A stretch of 54,934 nt of DNA, filler included, from Thelocarpon superellum (lineage: Eukaryota), in NCBI GenBank assembly GCA_026025795.1. It is 3 parts of 3 records of this genome, joined end to end, with 100 filler letters (N's around TTAATTAATTAA, not from the genome) between each part and the next. Parts side by side here need not be neighbours in the genome. Positions count along the whole stretch, not along the records: positions 1 to 18,346 come from JAPEUG010000363.1; positions 18,447 to 36,773 come from JAPEUG010000364.1; 1 more part is not named here. One strand, 5' to 3'. Position numbers and translations under genes: made by a program. The notes beneath the pieces were generated by a model. The model was not told the origin of the DNA. It made no database searches and saw only the letters and a list, made by a program, of their open reading frames with translations. Of the stretch, positions 12,669-24,429 are shown piece after piece; within the stretch, counting starts at the first letter, position 1; every line of letters begins with the position of its first letter.

Positions 12669-13256
12669 GGTCGGGACCGAGCGATCAACGCAGAGAAAGA
12701 GTCAAAGGCAGAGCGAGACTTGCAGCTATTCGGCTTGTGGTGTAACCCGGCCAGCCAACGGTCGCGCCTTGCCTCACCCTTCGTTGCGTCACAAAGAGGG
12801 GAGGTTCGTTTGAGTTCAGGGAGATAGACTTCCCGCCAGGCGGCCAATTGCGCCCGCGGGGCGTGGGGCGGCGGAGACGAGGCTTAGCTTGCGCACCAGC
12901 ACGACGGACTCATTATTGCATGGTAGGCCAAACGAATCACCGACTCTTCGAACTTTGAATTTCGAACGTATGGCTAACGCCGACATGTCGAAGGTACCAC
13001 GGCACCACCGAGCCCCCATGATCTTGACGCATGCGTACCATATATGAGGAGCTGGGGCAGCTCCCGGGGCTCGCTCGTAGCATTTTGGCTTCATCCAGAA
13101 GAATGGGTCTTACGGTCCCGTCATTCAGGCATCCTAATATGAGGGACGTGAAGAAGCGGCAAGCCGACGACTAGGATCTTGGTCGGTCACAAGCCAGTCC
13201 CGGTTACCTCCCGACACCCGAGCAAGACTGCTTGATTCAAGTATAGCTGGTCTTTA

Positions 13257-14747
13257 TCATTGAACTAATGGTGGCTTCTTTGCCAATGCATCAGCTGTAC
13301 CGGCACCGGGACCGATGCCGCTGGCAAGGAGCTCGAGTCGGCCGGCAAGCACACGATGCTTCTTCATGACCTCGATCCATTCTTCAGGATCATCTCCTCC
13401 GTCTTCGCCGGGTTCGACGCTGCCTGCCTCATCATGCGGCTCGAGGAGGGCCAAGATCAGGCTGAAATCTCCTCCGAGCCGGCCAAGACTTCCTGCACAG
13501 TACAAAACCTGCGTCAGAAGACTCTCTCGCGAGGCCCGGTCCTGCACATTGGGCAAATACTGACGGAGCGTATCCGTCAGGAGCCCTAGGAGGTGGAGCG
13601 GGAAGGTAGCTAGGGCCGAGGGTAAAGGCTGAAGCGGATCGGTTGCGGTCGAGGGCGTCGCGCCATGAGCGGGAGATGGAGTGGAGGGAAAGATGCTCTG
13701 GTACATGGAGATGATGGCAAAGCTCTGTTCGCGGAAGATCTCAATATACCGCTTCAAGTAGCGTTCCGTCTGTTGGCCGCCCGACCATGTACCCGACGCA
13801 GAGGGCGCTCCGTCCGCTTTTCCCTTCGTGGTGTTCTGTCGTCGCTTGCGTGTCTCCTGATCCGCCAGCTCCCGAAGCGGCTCGAGCGCATCGAGCATCG
13901 CGCCGAGATTGGCCAGCCGACACACCAGGAAAAGCGCCCCCAGACTCCCGTGGTGTCCATGAGTAGCACCCACGCCGCGACCCTCGTCCAGCTCGGGCGC
14001 GACCCGGCGTAGCCAGCCGACGGTCCGCATGCCTCCCGCTAGCTTGATTCCTGGCGCCCGCAAGCTCGCAATCAGGCTGCTCGTCATGCCTCGCATCGCT
14101 TCTTCCGCCTGGCGTGAAATGGCATCGATGAGAGGCGATGCCGGGTAAAGGACGTGCAGCCGCTTGATGTGGGCTTCGAGATCAAGTGCGGATGCGTAAT
14201 TGGCCGCGGGCGTCATGGTAGCAGAGGCCGTCGACGGTGTTATCGAAGGAGACACCGACGAGGCTGAAATGGCCGACGACAGCAGCGATGGCAGCTCCAA
14301 GATGTCTGCCAGTCGGTCCGCGTTGCGCGCAAGGAGCAATGCCTTTCGGCGCCGATCCAGGAGTACGTTATCCGCCAGACGGCTGTACGTCTGAGAAAAT
14401 CGCTCGGCCTGCTGGGCCATGTCCGGAATGGCATGTTGCAGATGCTCGGTCTCTCGGGCCAGGGCCGGTAAGGTCTCTCGTAAGGTAGCCAGGTGGTCGG
14501 AAGCCAAGACGATCGATCGATGCGAGCGTGCGGACAGAGCCTGGAGCGAGAGGAGGGAGGCATGTGAGGCCTGCTGCAGTTTCTGGGGCTCCTCCGAGGT
14601 CAGGGCCGAGGATGACAACGTGGAGAGATGGGCCAGATAGCGAGCTGTGGTGCCATCATTGATTGCGGGCCGCAGCAGTGGGGACGAAGACGTGGACGGG
14701 GGGGTTTTCAGATGTGGCTCCAACAGCTCCAGCAATGCCTCCGCCAT
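13257..14747 (-). CDS. COG8: Conserved oligomeric Golgi complex subunit 8 (Dor1)
   Basis: Single exon, 496 aa. Motifs LADILELPSLL, NYASALDL, ERYLKRYIEIFREQSFAIISMY and LLTQVLYCAGSLGRLGGDF. Confidence 0.9.
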   Translation of the reverse strand: MAEALLELLEPHLKTPPSTSSSPLLRPAINDGTTARYLAHLSTLSSSALTSEEPQKLQQASHASLLSLQALSARSHRSIVLASDHLATLRETLPALARETEHLQHAIPDMAQQAERFSQTYSRLADNVLLDRRRKALLLARNADRLADILELPSLLSSAISASSVSPSITPSTASATMTPAANYASALDLEAHIKRLHVLYPASPLIDAISRQAEEAMRGMTSSLIASLRAPGIKLAGGMRTVGWLRRVAPELDEGRGVGATHGHHGSLGALFLVCRLANLGAMLDALEPLRELADQETRKRRQNTTKGKADGAPSASGTWSGGQQTERYLKRYIEIFREQSFAIISMYQSIFPSTPSPAHGATPSTATDPLQPLPSALATFPLHLLGLLTDTLRQYLPNVQDRASRESLLTQVLYCAGSLGRLGGDFSLILALLEPHDEAGSVEPGEDGGDDPEEWIEVMKKHRVLAGRLELLASGIGPGAGTADALAKKPPLVQ

Positions 14748-15218
14748 GGTGATCCCTCAGGCGGACTCCAGCGGCTGCGTGCGGCAAGCAGAGACTCACG
14801 GCACATCCAGACAACGTATGACGAAGCCACATCAAACATGCTTATCCGATGTCCTGCGACATTCTCCACAGTGTCGAACTCTGTCCACTTGACATCATCT
14901 TCATATGGTGATACTGTGGAAGGTGTGGGAGATATTTTCTCCATCTACACGCCGTTGTGGACGGTTTCCATCCGTGCAGTCCTGGCCCGCCGGGACTTCC
15001 CGTGGACGTCACCCCACCAAAGCATCGCTGGACAACCCTGTGCATCTACTCATCGCACGTCTGGACATCCCGGTCAAGCGCCGACGTCACGTAGACACCG
15101 TCATGAAAATTCACGCCTGACGCCTTCTCGTCATCGGTTCATCTTCCATACTCGTTCTCCCTCCTCCCACGGTCGGAGGCCTCTCACGGCCTCGGCGGTC
15201 GTAGAGGATCGTCGGTCC

Positions 15219-18200
15219 ATGGCTTCCACTGCAGCGGGCAAGGCGGTGCAGACGGCGAGGCCAAATGAGCAGCCACATGTGCAAATGGTTCGTCCGTCCC
15301 TCCGTCTGGATGCCCGGATGCCTGGATGCCCGGATGCCCGGATGCCCTGGTGTGCCACCTGCTGCGGCGGAGCTTACTTTGGCCCGTCCTTAGTTCTTCC
15401 ACGAGGATTCGTGCGCCCTACAGAGTGATCCCTCCAAGACGGGAGTGGTGTTGGTAAGTGGGAAACGTTCACTGATCCAAGACCTCGTGACTGACCTGTG
15501 ACAGAGAACATGGCACGATGTACGCCTACCTTGACTCTTTCAATCCATCTCCACTGACCACGGGCATAGGTCGATGGACAACGGGCATATATCGAGGCCG
15601 ACGCCATCGAATTCGACGAGAGCATGTCACCCTTACAGCGTCGCAATTTTCTCGACACGGGCGTTGTGAGTGTCAGCGTCATGAGGTCCCAGGCTGCAAC
15701 TGATCTCCTTCATCAGCTCCCTCGTCACTATGTTCTCGTCATGTTCGCCGACGTTACCATAGGGGCGCGCATCTGCGCCGAGACTAAGCTGCTATTGCGG
15801 GACCGTGCCCTCTCCTTTGGGGACGTGGTCAAGCGACGACCGAACGATCAGATGAGTGGCACGGTCATCCAGACGGCGGTGACGTGTGACCTTATTCCCT
15901 CCTTTTCCTCCGTGCCTTCTAGCACCAACCCCACCCTTCCGCCATCACACGCCTCCTTTGCGCCGGACCACGGCAACCGAGAAGCCTTGTGGGGTGTACC
16001 TGGACATGAACTCAAGCTCTCCTGGGATTATCGGGAGGGCGACTTTGTGCTGCACAAGGGCTGGGTCGGCATCATGGAGGACGTGAGCGACGACGTAGTC
16101 GTCCGACTGAATAACGGCAGTGTCGTGGCTGTCGAGGACCCGGAGGAACTCGAGATACCCCTCCTCGAGACGCAGACGCGCGAACCGAGCGTAGAGGCGG
16201 AAGATGCTGCGGATTCCAAGGCTCCCGATGGAAAAAGCCGATCGAGAAGAACGGGCGAGGCGGCGAGGGGCCCCACCCTCGGCCCGGGACGATCGCGAAG
16301 CATGCCGGCCGCGCGCCTCAGCCCGGGGCAGTTTGTGAGCACCAAGAAGGGCAACCTCCGGCGGGGGGTATGGATCTACGGCGCCTATGACCCGAACGTG
16401 CCGCCTTTCGGCCTAGTGGTCGAGGTGCGCACGGTCATGATCTGGGTGCGCTGGCTCTGTGCCAACGTCATGACCGCCTCGCAGTCACGGCCGTCCCTCC
16501 CGGCCCCGCCCGAGACCATCGAACCTCATGAGCTTGAGCGAGGCGAGCTTCGCGTCTATGATCGGGGCTCGTCGCCGCTCACGGAGGCGAGCGACCATGC
16601 TTGTGGCTTCCGGCGTGGCGAAGACCTACAGCTAGGAGACTATGTCCGATTTCGAGATCTCTCGGGCGCCACGATGAAATACGACGGCTCTACGCGCGAC
16701 GCGCAAGGGAGGCCACAAGGACGTCTGGTCCGAATTCCACGGGCTGCGTCGTTGGGCTACGACGTCAACACCTTCTGCGTGGCCGAGACCCGGAGCCAGG
16801 CGACGGTGCAATGGCAAGACCAGACCATCACTACCGAAGCCAGCACCGACCTGGTGCCCTACCTCAACGTCGACGATCGAGACGTCTGGCCCGGCGAACT
16901 CGTGATTGCCAGGATGGAGGACCCGGCCCCAACGGCGGGCCTGCTCGCCACAGATGATCCCTCTACCTCTGCCGAGGCCATCTCTCGCCCGGGACGAGTC
17001 GCCGTGGTGCAAAGCGTCGATGCTGTGGAGCGTATCGCCCAAGTTCGATGGTTTGTCGATGCCCAGATCGAGTTGGCCGGGCCCGGCTACTCCCTCTTGT
17101 TGCCGGGGGCGCAGTTTGGATCCTTGCGTGAAGAGGCCTCGGAAGTCAGCATCTACGAGATCCAAGCTGTACCAGCCCTCGCCCGGAGACGTGGGGATTT
17201 TGTCGTGGTCGGCGGCGAGGCATCCGAGGGGGTCGAAGAGGCATCCAAGAAAGCGGACTGGTTTGGGGAGGTGGTGGACGTGGGCACGGATGGTTTGATC
17301 ACCGTGCGGCTTGGCGCGCTGGACAAGGTTCGCGATTTGACGCTGCCACTCGACAAGATGACGGTGATATACGGTGATGATGAGTCGGATGGCGATGATG
17401 GCTTCGAAGGATCGGAGAGCGAAAGCCTGGAGGATCAGGACTGGCATGGCTCGGAGGACATCATCGAAGAGACGGTCGAGTACGAAGGAGGCGAGCGACT
17501 GGAGGGAGATGGCAGCGACGACATGTGGCTTACGGATGCCTCCTCGGTGGGGGAGAATTCGGACGTGTCCATGACTGACATTGACGAGGCCAGGCCCGAG
17601 CGGGCCCCCAGTCCCGGTCTGGCCTCATCCCTGGATCCGTCCATGTCCGCTCCAGTGAATCTGGAGACGGAGCATCCGCCCAAATTCCTCGTCCTAGACG
17701 ACCCTCCGCCCTCTGACCATGCGTTCCTCAAGCAGAGCGAGGGAACTAGCCAGCTCCGTCGAATCCAGAAAGAGCACAAAGTCCTTGAGTCATCGCTCCC
17801 GGACGGCATCTGGGTGCGAACTTGGGAGTCCCGATTGGATCTACTCCGCGTCTTGATCATTGGCCCCGAGAAGACGCCGTATGCCTTGGTGCCGTTTGTC
17901 TTTGATTTTCAATTCGGATCCGAGTTCCCGTTTCAGCCGCCGACGGCATCCTTCCATTCGTGGACAAATGGGTTTGGGCGGATCAATCCCAATCTGTACG
18001 AGGATGGCAAGGTGTGCCTGAGCCTGTTGGGGACGTGGCCGGCCGATGTCACGCGCGAGGGCTGGACGAGCAGTGGGTCGACGATGCTTCAGGTGCTGGT
18101 CAGCTTGATGGGCCTGGTTTTGGTCAAGGAGCCATACTACAGTAGGTCTTCCTGGGGTAGATGATGTGGAACGCCGGCTAACACGCGGTGTGCCTCAGAC

Positions 18201-18346
18201 GAAGCCGGCTTTGAGATCCTCGTCGGCACGGACGAATCACGCATCGCTTCGGCGCAGTATTCGGAGCGGGCCTATCTCCTTGGCCAGAGCTTCGTCATCC
18301 ACGCCCTGATGCATCCAGTCCCAGCACTCGACGACATCATCGCATC
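15219..18346 (+). CDS. Large E2/E3 hybrid ubiquitin-conjugating enzyme, UBE2O-like (3' end lost in gap)
   Basis: C-terminal UBC domain with RINPNLYEDGKVCLSLLGTW (catalytic Cys) and KEPYY|NEAGF. Introns 15288-15393, 15454-15504, 15520-15569, 15666-15716 and 18142-18198. The frame runs into N at 18347. Confidence 0.85.
15308..15347. repeat. (GGATGCCY) x5 tandem repeat in UBE2O intron 1
   Basis: Visible 8-bp unit repeated five times. Confidence 0.8.
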
Positions 18347-18446
18347 NNNNNNNNNNNNNNNNNNNNNNNNNNNNNNNNNNNNNNNNNNNNTTAATTAATT
18401 AANNNNNNNNNNNNNNNNNNNNNNNNNNNNNNNNNNNNNNNNNNNN
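18347..18446. other. Assembly gap with artificial linker (44 N + TTAATTAATTAA + 44 N)
   Basis: Exactly 100 bp. The linker places stops in all six frames and is identical to the second gap. Confidence 0.95.
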
Positions 18447-18920
18447 GTGGGCCAGACTCTACGGCAGATGCCCGGGTAGATATGGGAGGCTTTGAGGCAT
18501 CCCGGCACGAGGCAGAGAGATGAGTGCCGGAAGACTATGGGAAGGGCGAGCCGCGGTGTGGTATAGCTCCCTCTGGAAGCGACAGAAGGATGGAAGAGGG
18601 AGTTGGAGAGACATGGACGTCTGGCATCGAGTGTAGAGGTGGACGACAGGTCGATCCGAGGTCCGAAACGGCCGCGGGAACATCCCAGGAGCCGTGGGAA
18701 TGTCCATTGGTGAGTGATTGAGATGGTTTGTACGGAGCAATGACGAGGAAGTCGGATCTGCCCAAGGAGAATGACTTGGTCAACCAGACTGCGCCAGCGC
18801 TTATGTCAGACGCGTCGTGTCAACGCGCACTCACGTGATATGGCGATCAGCGGATGACCTGACGGGGGTGAAGACAAGAAACCGCCACAAGGCGCCTTTT
18901 GGCCCCTCAGAATCTACATT

Positions 18921-21900
18921 ATGTCTGGAGATGATGCCGTCAAGCTTGCCCTTGATACAGCAGATGGCTTCTTGTCGCCGGTCTTTGCTCGAGGTGATAT
19001 TGAGATCATGCTCCAGGATCTGCAACGCATTGTACTGAGTGGAATTCGCAGGCCCCGCCCAAAGAGCGTCGCCACAGTCCTTGGTAGACTCGCTCAACCA
19101 GTTTGCTGGCTCGAGGGATGATCCACCCAGGACACGGGTGGTCCTTCGCGCTCTTGGCCTTCTTGATGGCATCCATCGCGCCCTGCTGCAGGCAAGCCGG
19201 AAGACATCGTCAGACGGCCTAGCCCCATCAAGTACCACGGACTATCTTTATGAACCAAGCAGTCGCCGAACCATGTGTCGCCTCCTTGATCTCATTACTC
19301 TGGAGGGTATCTACCCAGATCTCTCCCCTGGAGTCGGCGTGCCCATAGAAAAACGGGTCAAGCCATCCCTTCCCGCAGGAGTCATTGCCACGAAGGCTAG
19401 TATCTCAGGAGCAACGGAAGGCTTGGCCCCACCGTCGAAATCACTTGAAACCGTTGTCACCGTCTTGAATGCTATCCTTGACGAAGAGCAAGGAGGACTC
19501 GGGTCCATCTTACGGGACCGCACCTTGGTCGACTTGGTCGCCGCCTCGGGAGAGCTGGCGTTCGGGCCTCGGGAAGAAGTTACCAGTGAGCGCGCCGAGC
19601 ACCAGAAAGTCTTCAAGACCATGATAGATCAGTACGTGCCGTCTCGCCCCTTGATTACACTGTCCTTTTCTTCAAAGTTCGATCATCTAACCGCCGTAGA
19701 TTGTCAACGACAGACCTTTTGTCCTCATTAACCCCTTTGCTTCATCCGGCAACTCCGACCTGGTTACGGTCGAGGCTCTCCGAACCGCTGTCACTGGCTC
19801 CGCTCCGTCCCAATGGTGTCCGTCAGATCATTGACTATGTGGCCACTCACACTCAGATCAGGTCAGGTTTACCGATCATGGAGGAGGACTCGTCTCAGAT
19901 CGCACGACCTAAACATCACCAAGGCCCGGATGTATCGTTGGAGGCGCTCACACACATTGCACGTCTGCTCGCATCGGTGCCCAGTTCTCTCACTTCTGAG
20001 ATATACTTTGAGCAGCTGGCGCCACAAATGTTCAGCCTCCTCGATGGTGAAGCGGGGCCAGAGATGACCAAGGTTGCTGGTTATGTGATTGGCAGCGGGA
20101 TCCTTGGCCGTAAAGCCACTGGCGCCCCTGGCACCGCCGGATGGCGGTCATACGTCACGCCAATCTTAAGCAGCATTGATCCCACGATGCACGTTCGGAC
20201 TCATCCACCCATGCAGGGTAGCCTGCTCGTCCGGCACGACGACCTTCAGCTTGCGCTCTGTCGTCTATGTACCCTCCTGTCATCACACCCCAACCCCAAC
20301 CTGACCAAGCGGCTCCTCGGCCCATTGCTACTGCCGCTCTGGGCGATATCAAGCTCCATGGACGTATCGGATCCTCGGAGCAGCAGTAATCTCTCGAAGT
20401 CGCTATTGCATATGTACTTGAGGATCGCCGCAGACGTTCGCAAATTTACCATGTTGGCCAGTCACCTGCTCTACAATGGCAAATTGGCAACTTCCGAGGA
20501 CATTGGCTGGAGATATCGTGCTATCGGCTCCGACGGTGTGGAGATTCGAGTGGTGCCAAAGGGCGAGCGATCGATGAACGACCTTGTACAGGACCTTGCC
20601 GATGTGGATGGTCGGGTGGCTTTCTTCAATCAGTTGATCAAGACAGATGTCGTGGAGAAGGACCAGCGTGGAGCCCTATTCCTCGCAATCACGAGACGAT
20701 GGCTCGGTACTACTCAGACCGCTCACGCAGAGGATTCGAATATGCACGTCGCTGGCCTGTTGTCCGGGCCTGTCCCCAAGGCGATTGACGATCCGCTGCA
20801 GAGTGCCACCTATGCCAAGCTGACGCAGACGATGCTTGTGGACATGCAAGAAAACCTACAAGAAAACACGATTCAGATGTTGGAGTTCGTGCGGCAACTG
20901 TTGCAATCTTTTGTGGAGGGACGCAGGCAGCGACAGCTAGATGCGGACCGGCTCAAGAACCCGTCCTTGACTGCGATCGGGAGCATTGTTCGCCACCCCG
21001 AGGCGCACCTATCCTCCGGCGAAGGCGGCAGGTCCGGCGAAGTCACCACAACGGATTCGGTGGAGCTGCTTAGCATGGCCCTAAGTCTGTTAAGCGCCGT
21101 GTTATCGTCCAAGGAGCTCCATGTATCTCGCGAGGAGGAGGGAATCCTGGAGTGCCTCGAACCCTCCCTGACTTACGTGTCTCGCGTGTCTGATCTGCCG
21201 GCCAGTACGAAGGCGACAGCCAGTAGTCTCTTGGGACTGATCGATCTCATGTCGTCCAGCCTCATCCCCAAGAGCAGCACGACGACCGTCTCTCCTTCGC
21301 TCGTCGAAGATCGGAAAACGCAGTCTTTGGCGCTCACTTACCTCGCGGATAATCTCCCGCCCGTTCGGGCTGAAGGACTCTCACTCCTCTCGAGCCTCAT
21401 CCGGTCATCTTCTCCGATCATCGACGTGTCCGCCACCGCCACCCTCCTCATATCGATCCTACAGGATGCGGACGAGTTCATCCATCTCAATGCCATCAAA
21501 GTCTTGGTTTACCTTGCGGATAAGCACTCGCGCACTGTCACGAAACTCCTCCTGGAGCAATACGTGGACTCGAGGGAGGCCCTCACGCTGGATCAGCGTC
21601 TGAGACTGGGTGAGGCGCTTCAACAGACGGCGCAGCGACTTGGCGAGGCCTTTGCCGGGGACGCGGCCAAGGTCGTGGGCGAAGGCTGCCTACAGCTGGC
21701 GGGACGACGGGGCCGGAAGCCCAAAACGGCCCAGGTAAAAGCCAAGCGACGAGAGCTTGACGAGCAGCGGAAGCAGGAAGCGGCCGAGGCATGGGGAGGC
21801 GAAGTGCCGCAGGTTGGCGATGAAGCGCCACAAGACGAGGAAGGTGAGGAGAAGGAGATTCTCGCCAAGATCTTGGAAGGGTGGGAAGGGAGCGATGCGG

Positions 21901-22403
21901 AAGAGGATGTCCGAATACGTGCTTCGGCCGTGTCGGTATTTGGAGCGGCTATGGAGGCCAATATTGCTGGGCTGGGTTCGACGCTCAGTTCCACGGGCAT
22001 CGACCTCGCCATGTCGATTCTCACGCTGGAAAAGAGTGACGACAAGGCGATCCTCCGCCGAGCAGCAATCCTACTGATCCTCTCTCTCGTCCACTCGCTT
22101 GACCAGGCGCGCGAGCAGCAAAAGAAGCTGGGCTTCGGGCTCGCGGGAGAGAATCTGCAAGACGTGGTGACAGTGCTGCGATATGTTCATGCCACCGACG
22201 GGGATACGCTGGTTCAACAGCATGCCGGCACCGCCATCGAGGAACTGGAGGCATGGCAAGCCAAGCATCTGCTAGGAGTGTCTTCTTCGGAGCGAGAAGA
22301 AGCGATCTCCCAAACCGAGGTCATCGGCGACCGTATCGTCGGGTTGCCCATGCTGCTCCGACCCGGAGGAGATGGTCCCTCCAAGATCGAAGAGATCGAA
22401 TAG
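18921..22403 (+). CDS. RTP1: RNA polymerase II nuclear-import/assembly factor Rtp1 (TANGO6-like HEAT/ARM protein)
   Basis: Motifs LLDLITLEGIYP, PLRPNGVRQII, YFEQLAPQ, LPPVRAEGL, DEFIHLNAIK, DQRLRLGEAL and EDVRIRASA. Introns 18994-19051 and 19632-19699. Confidence 0.85.
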
Positions 22404-22605
22404 AAAGCATCCTGCTCAAACAGGACCTGCTCTTCCCTAAGGAAAGAAGTCATGAAATACCTAGACCGGTCATGGTGGAGGAACGAAGAAGCGGGGTATC
22501 TCTCGTGGATCTGAACGACCGGTGGTTGAGCCGGCTGAAATGTATACTTGATATACAGAGACACGCCGACAGCACTGACACCATCCTCGCCTCATTATCC
22601 AGCCT

Positions 22606-23172
22606 TTATCCGTTCATTTTCGTATCTTCGTCCTTGCCTCTCGCACCTTGGATCCATAGTACATTATTGCACCTATCGACTGTCAGCCAGATGGTTCTCA
22701 ACGTGACACCGTTCCGTGGGTATGATTGTGTCCGAACCGTATCAGCACCTGACCCAGGCTCCCCGTGCTCTTGCCATCAATGAACTCCTCCGTCCCCGTC
22801 AACTGCACGTTCATGTACGAGTCGACGCTCACCAGGCGGCCTTTGTATTCCGTCTGACCCCATTTCAATCGGATGATGACCTCTTCGTTGACTCTGTGGT
22901 GAGTAGTGCATGGGTCAGCAACGGTTCAAATCTGGTCAATTCTATTCTCAGGATTGGATGCGGCAGGGTGAAGATGGAATTGTGAGGAGTGAGGTGTGAG
23001 GTGTGAGGTGTGAGGTGTGAGGTGTGAGGTGCGTGGTGGGGCAGGGATGGGTGAGCCACGTACAGAGATTGCAGCATTGGCCGCGGATTGACGGGTATGA
23101 ACTGATGGGACGTCAGTGGCGGAAAGGCTGAGTGTGTTTGGGAGGGGGACCCAAGGGCATACGAACACTCAT
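22606..23172 (-). CDS. SMX3: Small nuclear ribonucleoprotein Sm F
   Basis: Spliced translation [74 protein letters not shown]. Introns 23102-23166, 22894-23063 and 22673-22737. Absent from the ORF track. Confidence 0.95.
22982..23030. repeat. (GTGAGGT)n heptamer repeat in SmF intron 2
   Basis: About 7 tandem copies, which enlarge this intron to 170 nt. Confidence 0.85.
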
Positions 23173-23498
23173 GATGGGAACGTGGAGATCAACGGGTGAA
23201 CCCTTGATGTAAAAGAGCCGTCGACTGATATTTCGGACGTGGAATATTGTGCTGCTACGGCGGTGCTACTTTTCCAACTCGTACACGGGCATCGCTGCTT
23301 TATGCTCCCAGAGCATCAGCCAGCCTCGCCTCGCCTCAAACTTTCACGTCAACAACAGCAAGGCAGCTATGAGCTCCTTGTACAGCACATGTTGAGGGAC
23401 GCCATGATTTGATCGGCATGCTTTTACAGCACACCCGATTCAGTTCTGATGCTGCCTATATGCTATAACCTGAGAAGGATTTCACGCGCTATCCACCA

Positions 23499-24190
23499 TC
23501 AAGCTCGTCGAATCTCCCATACGACATCCTTGACGCTGACTTCCCCGCTCTTGTCATCATAATCATAATAGTCCTCCTGCAAGTCAATGGCCGCAAAGGC
23601 AGTGTTGGTCTCTAAGCCTGATGCCAACCACTCTCCCTGGCGCGAATCAACACGTGAGCTTGGACTCGAACATGACAGGCGGCTTACATCCGCCTTGAAT
23701 TCTAAGAATTCCAGACCGCGACAGTCGAGCTCGATGACCTTCTGTCGGGTGGGTGGGGAGGCATGCTGATATGGAGCCGGGGCTTCCTTGATGGTCGCTG
23801 AGGACTCCCTCTGGTGCATAGATTCAGCCAAGCGTCATGGAATGTAGGTGGCCGAATGCAAACCTTACACGACTTGCACCGCCATACGAAGTTGGCTTCA
23901 CCTCGACTGCCCGACAGCTCGTTGGCTTCCTGCGGGCGTGGCCACTTAGCGGGCAGACAAGAGCAGCGACGTGGGAGAGCAGCATACAAAGCGGCTGACG
24001 CTCACCATGTTAGGATGAATCTCACGGCACGAGGTGCATTGGACTTGGAAGGTGTAGTAGTACGGACTCTCGGGGGTATCAAGCGGGCGGAGGTTGGTCA
24101 AACTGTCAAACATTCCCCCGTGAGCTCGGAGGCGGCACCGGAAGGAAGCAAGTACCCTGTCAAATCTGCGGTCAATGTGAGGGACAGCAT
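23499..24190 (-). CDS. DUF866/UPF0587 CXXC zinc-binding protein (CZIB/YCR090C-like)
   Basis: Motifs YYYTFQVQCTSCREIH, SGSRGEANFVWRCKSCK, DCRGLEF and YYDYDDK. Introns 24103-24155, 23930-23987, 23811-23863 and 23637-23687. Confidence 0.92.
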
Positions 24191-24429
24191 CTCTTGATGC
24201 TTTGAAGAGAGTCTAGAAGCTTTGACTCTTGGTGTGAGGGATTGTAGAGCAGAGGGAGAGGGGGTTTGTTTGGTCTGTTGGCGGGGTGGTGCATCACTTC
24301 AAGAGCGCAACGGCTGGTTGGTAGGTTTAAAGCGGCGCTGAGACGTGGTGGCTTGCCCGAGGTCAATTCATCGACAAGCCATCTCGCATCGGCCCACAGT
24401 CCCGACCCAGCCACATACGGACCGCGACT

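Noticed and set aside
14628..15428. 266-aa ORF spanning the COG8/UBE2O spacer
   Set aside because: It is a chance fusion of COG8 antisense sequence, promoter, UBE2O exon 1 and intron 1.
18391..18402. TTAATTAATTAA as a piggyBac TTAA target site or biological palindrome (also 36818-36829)
   Set aside because: It is centred in identical 100-bp N blocks, which indicates an assembly linker.
18447..18920. Post-gap sequence as the UBE2O C-terminus or a separate small gene
   Set aside because: All plus-strand frames stop within 25 codons with no recognisable motif, and the minus-strand ORFs are uninformative.
24137..24152. CCGGAAGGAAGCA resembling SRP RNA helix 8
   Set aside because: It lies inside a 53-nt intron on the opposite strand, and the pairing 5' half and the rest of the SRP structure are absent.
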